Source of the DNA: Candidatus Aldehydirespiratoraceae bacterium
Lineage (GTDB): Bacteria > Actinomycetota > Acidimicrobiia > Acidimicrobiales > Aldehydirespiratoraceae
Assembly: GCA_965205465.1 (NCBI GenBank)
Contig: OZ242187.1
Span: forward strand, 2,006,244-2,070,243
Direction of reading: 5' to 3'
DNA length: 64,000 bases
This document shows, piece after piece, positions 44,190 to 52,736 of the stretch (position 1 is the stretch's first letter; every line of letters starts with the position of its first letter). The notes below the pieces were generated by a model that saw only the letters and a program-made list of their open reading frames with translations, did not search any database and was not told the DNA's origin. A program made the position numbers and the translations under genes.

Positions 44190-45164
44190 ATGAATCCGCC
44201 CGGGCTTCCCCTGCGGCGCGGCGACGCCGGCGCCGGGGTGCGCGATCTACATCGTCGACTGGCCTCAGCTGGATTCAGTGATGTCGGGGATCTGGATGTC
44301 TTCGACGAAACCACCGAACAAGCGCTTCGTGAATTTCAAGCCGCGCGTCGCTTGGTTGAGGACGGAATCTGTGCTCAACAAACCTGGGCTGCGTTGGTTG
44401 ACGCTCATTTCCGTCTCGGTGGCCGGATGCTCTACCTCCGTTCGCCGATGACCCGCGGCGATGACGTAGCTGATCTCCAATTGCGCCTGGGCAATCTCGG
44501 TTTCGACGCCGGGTGGCTTGATGGCATATTCGGACCCGACACCGAAGCGGCAGTACGGGATTTCCAACACAATCAGGGACTCAGCGCAGATGGCACCGTC
44601 GGCCGCACGACCGTTGCCGCGCTCGACCGACTCGCCGGCCGACAGGTGGGTGGCAAAACGATTGCCGAGGTCCGCCAAACAGAGACTCTCCGGCAACACG
44701 CCGGTGTTGAGGGGCGGCGAATTCTGTTGGGAGAAACCGGAGGCCTCCCGGCGGTGGTGAATTCGCTTGCCCGCTTGCTACAACTTGCCGGGGCGACAGT
44801 ACTCACCCTGCATCACCCCGATCTCTCCTCACATGCCCGGATCGCCAACGGCTGGGGCGGTGACGCTTACCTCGGTGTCACCCTCGCCACCGACGATTTC
44901 CGAGTCGCATACTTCCAAACCGAGGGCTTTACCTCCAACGGAGGGCGCCTGCTAGCCCAGCAGTGCACGGCCAAAATCAGGTCTGTATTGGACAGCGACA
45001 TCCCTGCAACCGGGATGCGCTTGCCGATCCTGAGGGAAACCAGGATGACCGCAGTGTGGTGCCGTGTAGGACCTGGGCCAGTGGTCGTGGAGCGAGCTGA
45101 GGCAATCGCCAACGCGTTACGTGATGCTGTGACCACTTGGTGTGACAGCCCCCACCCAGAGTGA
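44190..45164 (+). CDS. cwlM: CwlM-like protein: two peptidoglycan-binding domains plus an N-acetylmuramoyl-L-alanine amidase-like domain
   Basis: Two PG_binding_1-like units ('G..V..L...L...G.......FD..T..A.R.FQ....L..DG') and an Amidase_3-like C-terminus. It occupies the same position as Rv3915. Confidence 0.75.
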   Translation: MNPPGLPLRRGDAGAGVRDLHRRLASAGFSDVGDLDVFDETTEQALREFQAARRLVEDGICAQQTWAALVDAHFRLGGRMLYLRSPMTRGDDVADLQLRLGNLGFDAGWLDGIFGPDTEAAVRDFQHNQGLSADGTVGRTTVAALDRLAGRQVGGKTIAEVRQTETLRQHAGVEGRRILLGETGGLPAVVNSLARLLQLAGATVLTLHHPDLSSHARIANGWGGDAYLGVTLATDDFRVAYFQTEGFTSNGGRLLAQQCTAKIRSVLDSDIPATGMRLPILRETRMTAVWCRVGPGPVVVERAEAIANALRDAVTTWCDSPHPE

Positions 45165-45211
45165 GTTCTCCGTATTGTATTGACAGTCTTACTGACAATA
45201 GTTGTGTGAGA

Positions 45212-46087
45212 TCACTGCCCAGCGATGATCCGATAGATCCGCTCAAGGTCATTGACGTCGGCGAAGTCAACCACCAGCTTCCCGGGACCCTTGCCCAATT
45301 TCACAGCGACCCTGGTATCGAGCCGAACAGCCAAGAGTTCTTCAAGCTCCAGCACCCCAGCATCCGGCACCTTGGGAATCGTCTGTTCAGCTGAGCTTTC
45401 GTCCTCACCGCCGGGTTCGGTGGGATCTTCCTCTCGAAGCATTTCCTCGATCTGGCGAACCGTCAAACCTTCCTGAACAATCTGTGTCGCCAATCGCTCC
45501 TGCTCGCTCCGGTCTGGAGTAGCCAACAACGCTCGAGCATGTCCAGCACTGAGTTGCCCCTCGATCAGCAACCGCTGCACCATCGGAGGGAGATGCAACA
45601 ACCGAAGAGTGTTCGCCACCGCAGACCGAGATCTCCCCACCCTCTGCGCAACATCATCCTGAGTCAAACCGAACTCTTCAACCAGTTGCTGATATGCAAC
45701 CGCTTCTTCAAGCGGGTTGAGATCCTGCCGATGCAAGTTCTCCACAACAGCCGTTTCGAGCGAAGACAAATCATCGGAGGTGCGAATGATTGCCGGAATG
45801 GCCGATAGGTTGGCGCGCTTTGCGGCCCGCCAACGTCGCTCCCCCGCTATCAGCTCATACTGTCCGTCCTCCAACTCTCGGACGACAATCGGCTGAATAA
45901 CACCAATCTCCGTGATCGACCGGGACAAAGAGGCCAACGTCTCCTCGTCGAAGTGCTCCCGCGGTTGGTAGCGGTTCGGGACTACCTCTTTGATATCAAT
46001 CTCTTGATAGACACCGCTGTCAGCGGTGAAGTCCGCTGGAATCAGCGAACTAAGACCTCTACCAAGTCCACTACGTCTGGTCACCAA
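45212..46087 (-). CDS. parB: chromosome partitioning protein ParB
   Basis: 'GLGRGLSSLIP', 'NRYQPREHFDEE.L..L..SI...GV.QPIVVR' and 'GERRWRAAK'. Confidence 0.95.
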   Translation of the reverse strand: MVTRRSGLGRGLSSLIPADFTADSGVYQEIDIKEVVPNRYQPREHFDEETLASLSRSITEIGVIQPIVVRELEDGQYELIAGERRWRAAKRANLSAIPAIIRTSDDLSSLETAVVENLHRQDLNPLEEAVAYQQLVEEFGLTQDDVAQRVGRSRSAVANTLRLLHLPPMVQRLLIEGQLSAGHARALLATPDRSEQERLATQIVQEGLTVRQIEEMLREEDPTEPGGEDESSAEQTIPKVPDAGVLELEELLAVRLDTRVAVKLGKGPGKLVVDFADVNDLERIYRIIAGQ

Positions 46088-46847
46088 GAACCTCCTTCGC
46101 TAGGGTGCGGTAAGCAGTTGTCGCACGCGACCCAGGGTCAAACACCGAAATTGGCTGGCCAAAGCTCGGGGCTTCGCTCAAGCGGACAGCTCGAGGGATC
46201 ACCGTTCGACACACTTTGTCGCCAAAGTGGCTCCGGACCTCTTCGGACACCTGCCTGGACAATTTTGTTCGGGCATCAACCATGCCCAACACGATAGTGC
46301 TGAGATGAAGCTCTGGATTGAGGTTGCGCGTCACCAAGTCAATGTTGCGAATCAACAGGCCAAGACCTTCAAGCGCGTAGTATTCGGCCTGAACTGGTAC
46401 AAGAACTTCGTTCGCCGCAGTTAGCCCATTGACCGTAAGGAGCCCTAGAGAGGGTGGGCAATCAATGAACACAACGTCATAGTCGTCGGCAACCGACTCG
46501 AGCGCTATCTTCAATTTCCTCTCACGGTTCATAGTAGGAACCAACTCGATTTCCGCGCCCGCAAGATCAAGGCTTGACGGAACGAGGTAGAGGTTCTTTA
46601 CCGAAACTGGCTCGATCACGTCCTCCATCGGAACATCCTGGAGTATCACATCGTAGAGAGAATGATCGACCATACGCGAATCAATGCCAAGGCCCCGTGT
46701 GGCATTCGCTTGAGGATCCAGGTCGACGATTAATACGCGTTGGCCAAGCTGCGCCATACAGGCCGCAAGGTTGATAGTCGTCGTGGTCTTCCCAACCCCT
46801 CCTTTCTGGTTGGCTACCGCAAACACCCTCGTGTTGGGTTGAGTCAC
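46071..46847 (-). CDS. parA: chromosome partitioning ATPase ParA/Soj
   Basis: Deviant Walker A 'ANQKGGVGKTTT', plus 'DLDPQ.NAT' and 'IDCPPSLG'. Confidence 0.95.
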   Translation of the reverse strand: MTQPNTRVFAVANQKGGVGKTTTTINLAACMAQLGQRVLIVDLDPQANATRGLGIDSRMVDHSLYDVILQDVPMEDVIEPVSVKNLYLVPSSLDLAGAEIELVPTMNRERKLKIALESVADDYDVVFIDCPPSLGLLTVNGLTAANEVLVPVQAEYYALEGLGLLIRNIDLVTRNLNPELHLSTIVLGMVDARTKLSRQVSEEVRSHFGDKVCRTVIPRAVRLSEAPSFGQPISVFDPGSRATTAYRTLAKEVLGDQT

Positions 46848-46917
46848 AAACCAACTCCCTTCCTCCGAGCAGGAATATCTTCGGTCAACAGAAGCCGAAG
46901 GTCAAGGACCCTCCGAT

Positions 46918-46933
46918 TGTTTCACGTGAAACG
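46918..46933. promoter_or_regulatory. parS site 1
   Basis: tGTTTCACGTGAAACg is a perfect core of the parS palindrome. Confidence 0.85.
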
Positions 46934-46953
46934 TCTCGAAACTCTCAACAATC

Positions 46954-46969
46954 TGTTTCATGTGAAACG
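46954..46969. promoter_or_regulatory. parS site 2 (one central mismatch)
   Basis: tGTTTCATGTGAAACg. Confidence 0.7.
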
Positions 46970-46984
46970 GTTTCACGTGAAACC
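46969..46984. promoter_or_regulatory. parS site 3
   Basis: gGTTTCACGTGAAACc is a perfect core. It abuts site 2. Confidence 0.85.
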
Positions 46985-46985
46985 C

Positions 46986-47615
46986 TCAAAAAAACGGTGT
47001 ACGACGGCGTGCTGCCTGGCGGCGGGGGAGTCGATCCGCAATAGTTCCCCCTGTGCGTTGAGCACGCAGGTAACTACCTGAAGTCGTCTCCCAGTGTTCG
47101 ATCACCGAAGCCGCTAGCAGCGACAGGTCTGCAGATAGCCAAGCATTTGCCGAGTCTGCCGATACCGACACCACCAGAGACCCACCCGCGGCAAGTAGCG
47201 GGATCCCGCATTCCGCCACTTCACAAGGAGGCCCGAACAGTCGCGCAACCACCAGATCATTTGCTGATCGCCACTGCGGTTCACGGGCGTAGTCGTCCGC
47301 ACGCCCATGCACGACTTCAACTCGGTCGCCCAGACCAGCCGCGCGAACCGCGCCGTTAGCAATCTCGCAACACCGTGCACTTGCGTCCAGTAGCCGCCAG
47401 GTCGTTTCTGGATGCAAAATCGCCAGCAATACCCCTGGTACACCTACTCCCGTGCCCAAATCAACGCAACGCGCACCCGGCTGTAAGCCAAACCTCGGCG
47501 AAATATAGCCCTCCGCATGCTTGCGGAGCTCTTCAATTGATACCGAACCGAGCGAGCCGACCGCTCGCGCGGGTTCCCAAACTGCTGCTAGCGCCTCGTA
47601 GCGAGAATCAGCCAC
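46986..47615 (-). CDS. rsmG: 16S rRNA (guanine527-N7)-methyltransferase RsmG/GidB
   Basis: 'DLGTG.G.PG..LAI..P......L.D...R' is the SAM motif. It has the canonical position between jag and parA. Confidence 0.85.
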   Translation of the reverse strand: MADSRYEALAAVWEPARAVGSLGSVSIEELRKHAEGYISPRFGLQPGARCVDLGTGVGVPGVLLAILHPETTWRLLDASARCCEIANGAVRAAGLGDRVEVVHGRADDYAREPQWRSANDLVVARLFGPPCEVAECGIPLLAAGGSLVVSVSADSANAWLSADLSLLAASVIEHWETTSGSYLRAQRTGGTIADRLPRRQAARRRTPFF

Positions 47616-47629
47616 CAGTTCTTCGCTGC

Positions 47630-48547
47630 CTACTCTCCCGAAGGAACAATCACCACGTAACGGCGGGGATCTTCACCTTCGGAGATGGTTTGGACACCGT
47701 CTGTCCCGTCAACAGCATCATGAACGATCTTTCGATCCGCTGCATTCATAGGCTCAAGTGATCGAGGCACTCCGGAATCCTGCACTTCGACTGCTTTGTC
47801 ACGGGCAAACCCAACAAGCGCTTCGTTTCGACGCGCAATAACCCCTCCAATGTCCACACGAACGCGGCCATTCCGGGCACTACCTGCTCGGCGCTGCAAA
47901 ACCGTCCGGACCAGGTCGTCGATCGCTCCCGCGGTCATCCCCCGGCGACCAACCATACGACCCAGTTCGTCGCCGCTGACGGTAATACGGATCTCGTCGC
48001 TCCCGATATCTTCTCTTTGGAAGTTGACGGTCGTGCCAAACCGCTCAGCCAAGCCTCTAACAAACTCCTCGGCAATATCAGCCTGCTGCGGCAAGGGCAT
48101 CATTTCTTGGTCTTGGTTCACAGTTTCTGCCTTTTTCTTGGGTTTTGGTGGTGTTTGCTTCTTTTGGTCTGTTTGTTGATTTTTCGAAGGTTGGCTATCG
48201 GATTTCTTCGCTGAGGATTTCCTAGCTTTACCATTCTGGGAGCGTTCCTGTTTGCGCCGGCCGGAATCCTGGTTTCCACGGTTGCTGCCGTTGCGGTCTC
48301 GGTGGCCCTGGCCTTGCCGACCCCGTCTGTTTCCGCGATCACGTCGACTGCGATTTTCTTTGGTCCTCGGAGTCTGCGGGCGAACTCGCGCTCTCACCCG
48401 CGCCGGTTCTTTGACGCGACCAAACACCCCCGTCCTTACATCGCTGAGGACATCAAACTCCGCGTCGTCTTCATGCACCCCCAACCGATCCAAGGCGTGT
48501 TCTTTTGCCAGGTCGATCGAATCGCCGATGCTTTCTACCCATTCCAT
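47630..48547 (-). CDS. jag: Jag/KhpB-like RNA-binding protein (Jag_N, KH, R3H) with a long basic linker
   Basis: N-terminal 'IDLAKEHALDRLGV.EDDAEF.VL', KH 'GDELGRMVGRRG' and C-terminal R3H 'LEPMNAADRKIVHDAV'. AAGGAG lies upstream of ATG 48547. Confidence 0.85.
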   Translation of the reverse strand: MEWVESIGDSIDLAKEHALDRLGVHEDDAEFDVLSDVRTGVFGRVKEPARVRARVRPQTPRTKENRSRRDRGNRRGRQGQGHRDRNGSNRGNQDSGRRKQERSQNGKARKSSAKKSDSQPSKNQQTDQKKQTPPKPKKKAETVNQDQEMMPLPQQADIAEEFVRGLAERFGTTVNFQREDIGSDEIRITVSGDELGRMVGRRGMTAGAIDDLVRTVLQRRAGSARNGRVRVDIGGVIARRNEALVGFARDKAVEVQDSGVPRSLEPMNAADRKIVHDAVDGTDGVQTISEGEDPRRYVVIVPSGE

Positions 48548-48615
48548 CACTTCTCCTTTCGCTGTGTGCGCTGCCAACCCCACCTAGAAGTCCCCCCGCG
48601 GTGGGGGATTGGGCG

Positions 48616-49845
48616 TTACTTCTTTCGTTTCTTGTGTTGTGGAGAACCTGGTTCGGTCGTACGACCAGACCCCCGTTCGTGCCGAGTCGGGGCGTTACCC
48701 GTCCTACCTGCACCAGTGCGTTTCGGTTCGGGTTTGCTCGTTTTGTCCTTAGCCCCAGACTTGTCCGTAGCTCTCCTGCCCGCCGATCGACCCGTATCCT
48801 TTTTCGATCGACTTGTGTCTATTTTTCCGCCCGACCGACTCGGCACATTCTTGCGGCCCGCTGGTTTCCCACCCTTTTTCTTGGTAAAGCTGCCATCTCG
48901 TTTTGGGGTTGGCGCTCCCTTTTTCGGAGTAACACTCCCTTTCGACGCGGCACTATCACCCTTGTCGTTCTTCATCTCCTCGCGCTTTTGGGCCAATAAA
49001 ACCCCCGGGCTGTCTTCTCCGCTGTACAAACTCCGGGTTATGTAGGCTTGCTGACCGATGCGATAAAGGTTGGAGATCACGAAGTACACAACCAGCGCCG
49101 CCGGCATCGTGAAGCTGAAAACAGGCAACATGTAGGGAAGAATCTTCATCAGCATCTGTTGCTGAGGAGGCATCGCCGAAGCGTTCCGTCCCTGAATCTG
49201 GCGCTGTTGAAAAAGACTGGATACCAGCACAATCAGGATGAGGAGCATATAGGGGAGCCCCGAGATCAGACTTTCGCCAATCACGTCTTGCGCGCTGCGA
49301 GACAGGTCTATTCCCCAAGACACCATCTCTGTTGGCCGATCCTCAATTGTGTCTCCCTCACCGCCTGCAAGCCTCAAGTAGAGATCACTGTCGACCGGGA
49401 GATTCTGCGGCAGGAACGGCCGATCAGTCGAAGCAAACGCTGTGCTGTCGAGCCCTAGGCCAGAAGAGACGCGGCCACTCGTCCAGCCAAACTGGTTACC
49501 GAAGTTAGTCGCCCGGCTAGTCAGACCTTGAACCACACGGAACAGCACCAAGAACAGCGGCATCTGCACCAGCAGAGGCAAACAACCGCCGAACATTGAA
49601 ATGCCATGCTCCTGCTGGAAGGCCATCATTTCTTCGTTCATTTTTTGGCGATCACCGCGGTGGCGATTCTGGATCGCCTTCAACTCGGGCTGATAACGCT
49701 GCATCTGGAGCATCGACTTCGTGCCCTTGAGCGTCAATGGCGTAACGATCACCATCACTACGAGTGTGAGACCCGCAACAGCCATACCGTATGACGGCCA
49801 GAGCTGGTAGCAATACGCGAGTACTTCGCCGATCAGGTTGAACAT
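48616..49845 (-). CDS. yidC: membrane protein insertase YidC with a ~120-aa basic C-terminal tail
   Basis: 'P.L..IQ..........Q.EMM.....HG...FGGCLP.L.Q.P.F..L' is the YidC/Oxa1 core, followed by a Lys/Arg/Gly/Ser-rich tail. Confidence 0.9.
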   Translation of the reverse strand: MFNLIGEVLAYCYQLWPSYGMAVAGLTLVVMVIVTPLTLKGTKSMLQMQRYQPELKAIQNRHRGDRQKMNEEMMAFQQEHGISMFGGCLPLLVQMPLFLVLFRVVQGLTSRATNFGNQFGWTSGRVSSGLGLDSTAFASTDRPFLPQNLPVDSDLYLRLAGGEGDTIEDRPTEMVSWGIDLSRSAQDVIGESLISGLPYMLLILIVLVSSLFQQRQIQGRNASAMPPQQQMLMKILPYMLPVFSFTMPAALVVYFVISNLYRIGQQAYITRSLYSGEDSPGVLLAQKREEMKNDKGDSAASKGSVTPKKGAPTPKRDGSFTKKKGGKPAGRKNVPSRSGGKIDTSRSKKDTGRSAGRRATDKSGAKDKTSKPEPKRTGAGRTGNAPTRHERGSGRTTEPGSPQHKKRKK

Positions 49846-50090
49846 TCCGACTCCCCAGTTACAGGCACCGGGTCATACCCGTAAGTACCCCAAGGATGAC
49901 AACGACATATGCGCTTTGTTGCTAGCCAACCACCGCTGATAGCGCCATGAGACTCAACGGCCTCGATCGCATAAGTCGAACATCCAGGCACATGTCGGCA
50001 TGGTGATATTCGTCCTGCGGTCAACCGTTGGTACCCCCCGATCAACGCGCGTATCAGCCGTGCCAACGGACTGGGTGCATAGGAGCTCAT
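49833..50090 (-). CDS. yidD: membrane protein insertion efficiency factor YidD (possible internal start within the rnpA frame)
   Basis: 'LIGGYQR..........CRH.P.CS.YA.EA...HG...G..L...RI.RCHP' is the YidD signature. The 3' end overlaps the yidC start by 13 nt. Confidence 0.7.
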   Translation of the reverse strand: MSSYAPSPLARLIRALIGGYQRLTAGRISPCRHVPGCSTYAIEAVESHGAISGGWLATKRICRCHPWGTYGYDPVPVTGESECST

Positions 50091-50495
50091 GAGCCGCCAC
50101 CCGATACTGCAAGACTCAGATTCCCGCTCTTGTTGGCGACGCTGACCCGGCCGTTCGGGTCCCGAGCACAAAACCTCAGTCACGGTGTTCCGCAGTTGTA
50201 TGGGCGACCAGTGCTCGATCTTGGAGGTGACCCGGAACAGGTAGTCGCCCGGCGGAAGAATCGACGGGTTGTCTCGAGAGATGTCGCGTAGTATCGCGCG
50301 AATTCGGCGGCGGATTCTGTTCCGTTGTACAGCATTTCCCACTCTACGTGAGATTGAGAACCCTATTTTCGCGCTTTGAGTGAGCTTATGGGCAGGCGCG
50401 GGCCGCGAAACCAGCCGAAGCGGACCTCGGCCGCGGCGCATTCCCTCCGTTCGTAAACGTTCGAAGGAGCGACGACCAGACAGTGCCTCAATCAC
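49833..50495 (-). CDS. rnpA: RNase P protein component RnpA, reading without a stop into YidD (single 220-aa frame)
   Basis: GTG 50495 overlaps the rpmH TGA (GTGA). RnpA motif 'F..V...G.R....L.L........KIGFS.S.RVGNAV.RNR.RRR.R'. There is no in-frame stop before the yidD ATG (50090). Confidence 0.75.
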   Translation of the reverse strand: MIEALSGRRSFERLRTEGMRRGRGPLRLVSRPAPAHKLTQSAKIGFSISRRVGNAVQRNRIRRRIRAILRDISRDNPSILPPGDYLFRVTSKIEHWSPIQLRNTVTEVLCSGPERPGQRRQQERESESCSIGWRLMSSYAPSPLARLIRALIGGYQRLTAGRISPCRHVPGCSTYAIEAVESHGAISGGWLATKRICRCHPWGTYGYDPVPVTGESECST

Positions 50496-50626
50496 GCGGA
50501 GAGCCGCGTCCGCTTCTTTTGACGGCGGTGGGTCAGGACTGAACGTCCACCCCGAGTACTCATGCGAGCGCGAAAACCATGGTTCATTTTTCGCTTGCGC
50601 ACATTGGGCTGATAAGTCCGCTTCAT
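50492..50626 (-). CDS. rpmH: 50S ribosomal protein L34
   Basis: '[44 protein letters not shown]'. Confidence 0.95.
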   Translation of the reverse strand: MKRTYQPNVRKRKMNHGFRARMSTRGGRSVLTHRRQKKRTRLSA

Positions 50627-51009
50627 TTTTCCTCCACAAGAGCCACCCGCAGATAGTGCGGCCGTGGCACACGCCGGGTCCCTCGGATCCGACATAGTTT
50701 CGATCACAGTAGGGTTGCAAGGTTACAGCAACAACCACGCAACCGGTCTGTGTGAGCTCACCGAGACACCTCCGAAGACCAAAATTCGGATCCCCAACCG
50801 AAATTACAACAAAGAGATTGTTTCTTTCACGAATGTAATTTAATGCACTTATTGTCCCGTGAACAGGCCCGATGAAAAGACCTCCAGTTTCAAGTTGCAG
50901 AGATCGAGAACGTTGCTAAGTTCACCCCTTACCACGGTTAGGTTGCCTCACCGACAACGACAAACTTGTCAGTCACCGTTGCTCCCTTTTCCGAACCGCA
51001 AAAATATAG

Positions 51010-51041
51010 TCGTCCACACCTGTGGACAAGCCTGTGGAGAG
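51010..51041. promoter_or_regulatory. cluster of three DnaA-box-like 9-mers overlapping the dnaA start codon
   Basis: TCGTCCACA (51010-18, 1 mismatch), TGTGGACAA (51021-29, the perfect reverse of TTGTCCACA) and TGTGGAGAG (51033-41, 2 mismatches). An AT-rich tract lies at about 50812-50855 upstream. Confidence 0.6.
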
Positions 51042-52446
51042 TCAATTGAACAACAACGAGGCAGAAGATGCGAGCGGTTTGTGGAGTGCCTGTGCCGAAA
51101 GTATTCGTGCCCAAGTAAGCGACGCCGTCTGGCACACCACGTTCAGTGGCGCTAGAGCCGTAGCATTCGATGAGGGAGAGCTGGTCATCGTTGTCCCCAA
51201 CGGTTTACAGAAAGAACGAATCGAGGGTAGATACCTCGGGCTTGTCAAACACGCGATCACCGAAAGTCGATCCAACGCAACCGTCCGGGTGGAGATCGAC
51301 ACAGACTGGATCGAAGAATCCTTCGATATTCCGCCAGCCGATCTCACCACACCTAACGAGTATAAGCCCACGTCAAAGACGATTTCTGAGACACTTCCAG
51401 AAACAATTCCCGAGGCCAGAAGCGAACTCAACGAGAAGTTCACGTTCGAGCATTTTGTCATCGGCCCGTCAAACCGCTTCGCACATGCCGCCGCATTCTC
51501 CGTAGCCGAAACGCCGGCCGCCAGCTACAACCCGCTGTTCATCCACGGAGACTCAGGACTCGGGAAAACCCACCTGCTGCGAGGCATCGCCCACTACATC
51601 GGGAGCCACTACTCGCACTACAAAGTCCGCTACGTCTCAACCGAAACATTCCTCAACGAATTCGTCCAAGCAATTCGCACCAACACACAACCCGGATTCA
51701 AACGCCGCTACCGTACCAACGACGTCCTCCTCATTGACGACATCCAGTTCATGGAAGGCAAAGAAGGCCTCCAAGAAGAGTTCTTCCACACATTCAACGA
51801 ACTACACCAGAACAACAAACAGATCGTGCTGTCGTCGGACCGAACACCCGACGCCATGCCCACCCTCGAAGAGCGCCTCCGAAACCGCTTCAAGTGGGGA
51901 CTGATCACAGACATCCAACGACCCGATCTCGAAACCCGGCTCGCCATCCTCCGCAAAAAAGCCGAATCACGAACAGTCCATATTCCCAACGAGATCTTCA
52001 CGTTCATCGCCGAGAACATCACCCAGTCGATCCGTGAACTCGAAGGCGCTCTCATCAAGGTGACCGCCTACGCAAGCCTCACCGAGCAGCCCCTCAACAT
52101 GCGAATCGCGAGCTACGTCCTCGCCGACCTGATCAACAGCTCCCAAAAACCGCCGGTAACCGCAGCCCGCATCATCGAACTCACAGGCGAGATGTTCGGC
52201 TTAGAAGTCGAACAAATAATCGGAGGCAGCCGCCGCCGGCCACTCGTTGATGCACGACAAGTTGCCATGTACGTCACCCGCAGTGTGACCGACCTCAGCT
52301 TCCCCGACATCGGCCGCGCCTTCGGAGACCGTGATCACACAACCGTCATGCACGCCGTGCGTAAGATCGAAGCCCGAATGGGCGAACGCCAACAGATATT
52401 CGACAAAGTCACCGAACTTCAACGTCGACTCAACGAACCGCCGTGA
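51022..52446 (+). CDS. dnaA: chromosomal replication initiator DnaA
   Basis: 'FTFE.FV.G..N.FAHAAA..VAE.P...YNPLFI.G.SGLGKTHLL..I', 'DDIQF..GKE..QEEFFHTFN.L' and the C-terminal HTH 'R.VAMY..R..T..S...IG..FG.RDHTTV.HA..KI'. Confidence 0.95.
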   Translation: MDKPVESQLNNNEAEDASGLWSACAESIRAQVSDAVWHTTFSGARAVAFDEGELVIVVPNGLQKERIEGRYLGLVKHAITESRSNATVRVEIDTDWIEESFDIPPADLTTPNEYKPTSKTISETLPETIPEARSELNEKFTFEHFVIGPSNRFAHAAAFSVAETPAASYNPLFIHGDSGLGKTHLLRGIAHYIGSHYSHYKVRYVSTETFLNEFVQAIRTNTQPGFKRRYRTNDVLLIDDIQFMEGKEGLQEEFFHTFNELHQNNKQIVLSSDRTPDAMPTLEERLRNRFKWGLITDIQRPDLETRLAILRKKAESRTVHIPNEIFTFIAENITQSIRELEGALIKVTAYASLTEQPLNMRIASYVLADLINSSQKPPVTAARIIELTGEMFGLEVEQIIGGSRRRPLVDARQVAMYVTRSVTDLSFPDIGRAFGDRDHTTVMHAVRKIEARMGERQQIFDKVTELQRRLNEPP

Positions 52447-52736
52447 TCGGACCCGAAGACGGGGGAGGCCGAGCACTCAACGCCTATGCCACGCAGCACG
52501 CAGGCAGTGAACAAAGCTGTAGATCACTTGTGCAACGCCGGTGCGCCAAACTGCATAACTCTTGCAATACCCACAGCCAAAGCCTCAGCTCAATCCAAGC
52601 TGTGAATCAACAGGTAAATCATGGGGACGCAAGAACTGCGGAAATACACGGCAAACTGACATTCATCCACAATCCACAAGCCCTATGAACTCCTACTAGG
52701 AGTATTCATACAAAACTCAGGAGAAGTAATCGCACA
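52447..52736. promoter_or_regulatory. dnaA-dnaN spacer: candidate oriC segment (weak DnaA boxes plus an AT-rich end)
   Basis: TCATCCACAATCCACA (52663-52678, two overlapping near-consensus boxes), ATACCCACA (52567-75) and TGTGAATCA (52601-09). An AT-richer stretch at 52680-52735 precedes dnaN. Confidence 0.45.

Noticed and set aside
48302-49045. 247-aa plus-strand ORF spanning the jag/yidC junction
   Set aside because: It is antisense to two well-supported minus-strand genes, and its composition is low-complexity.
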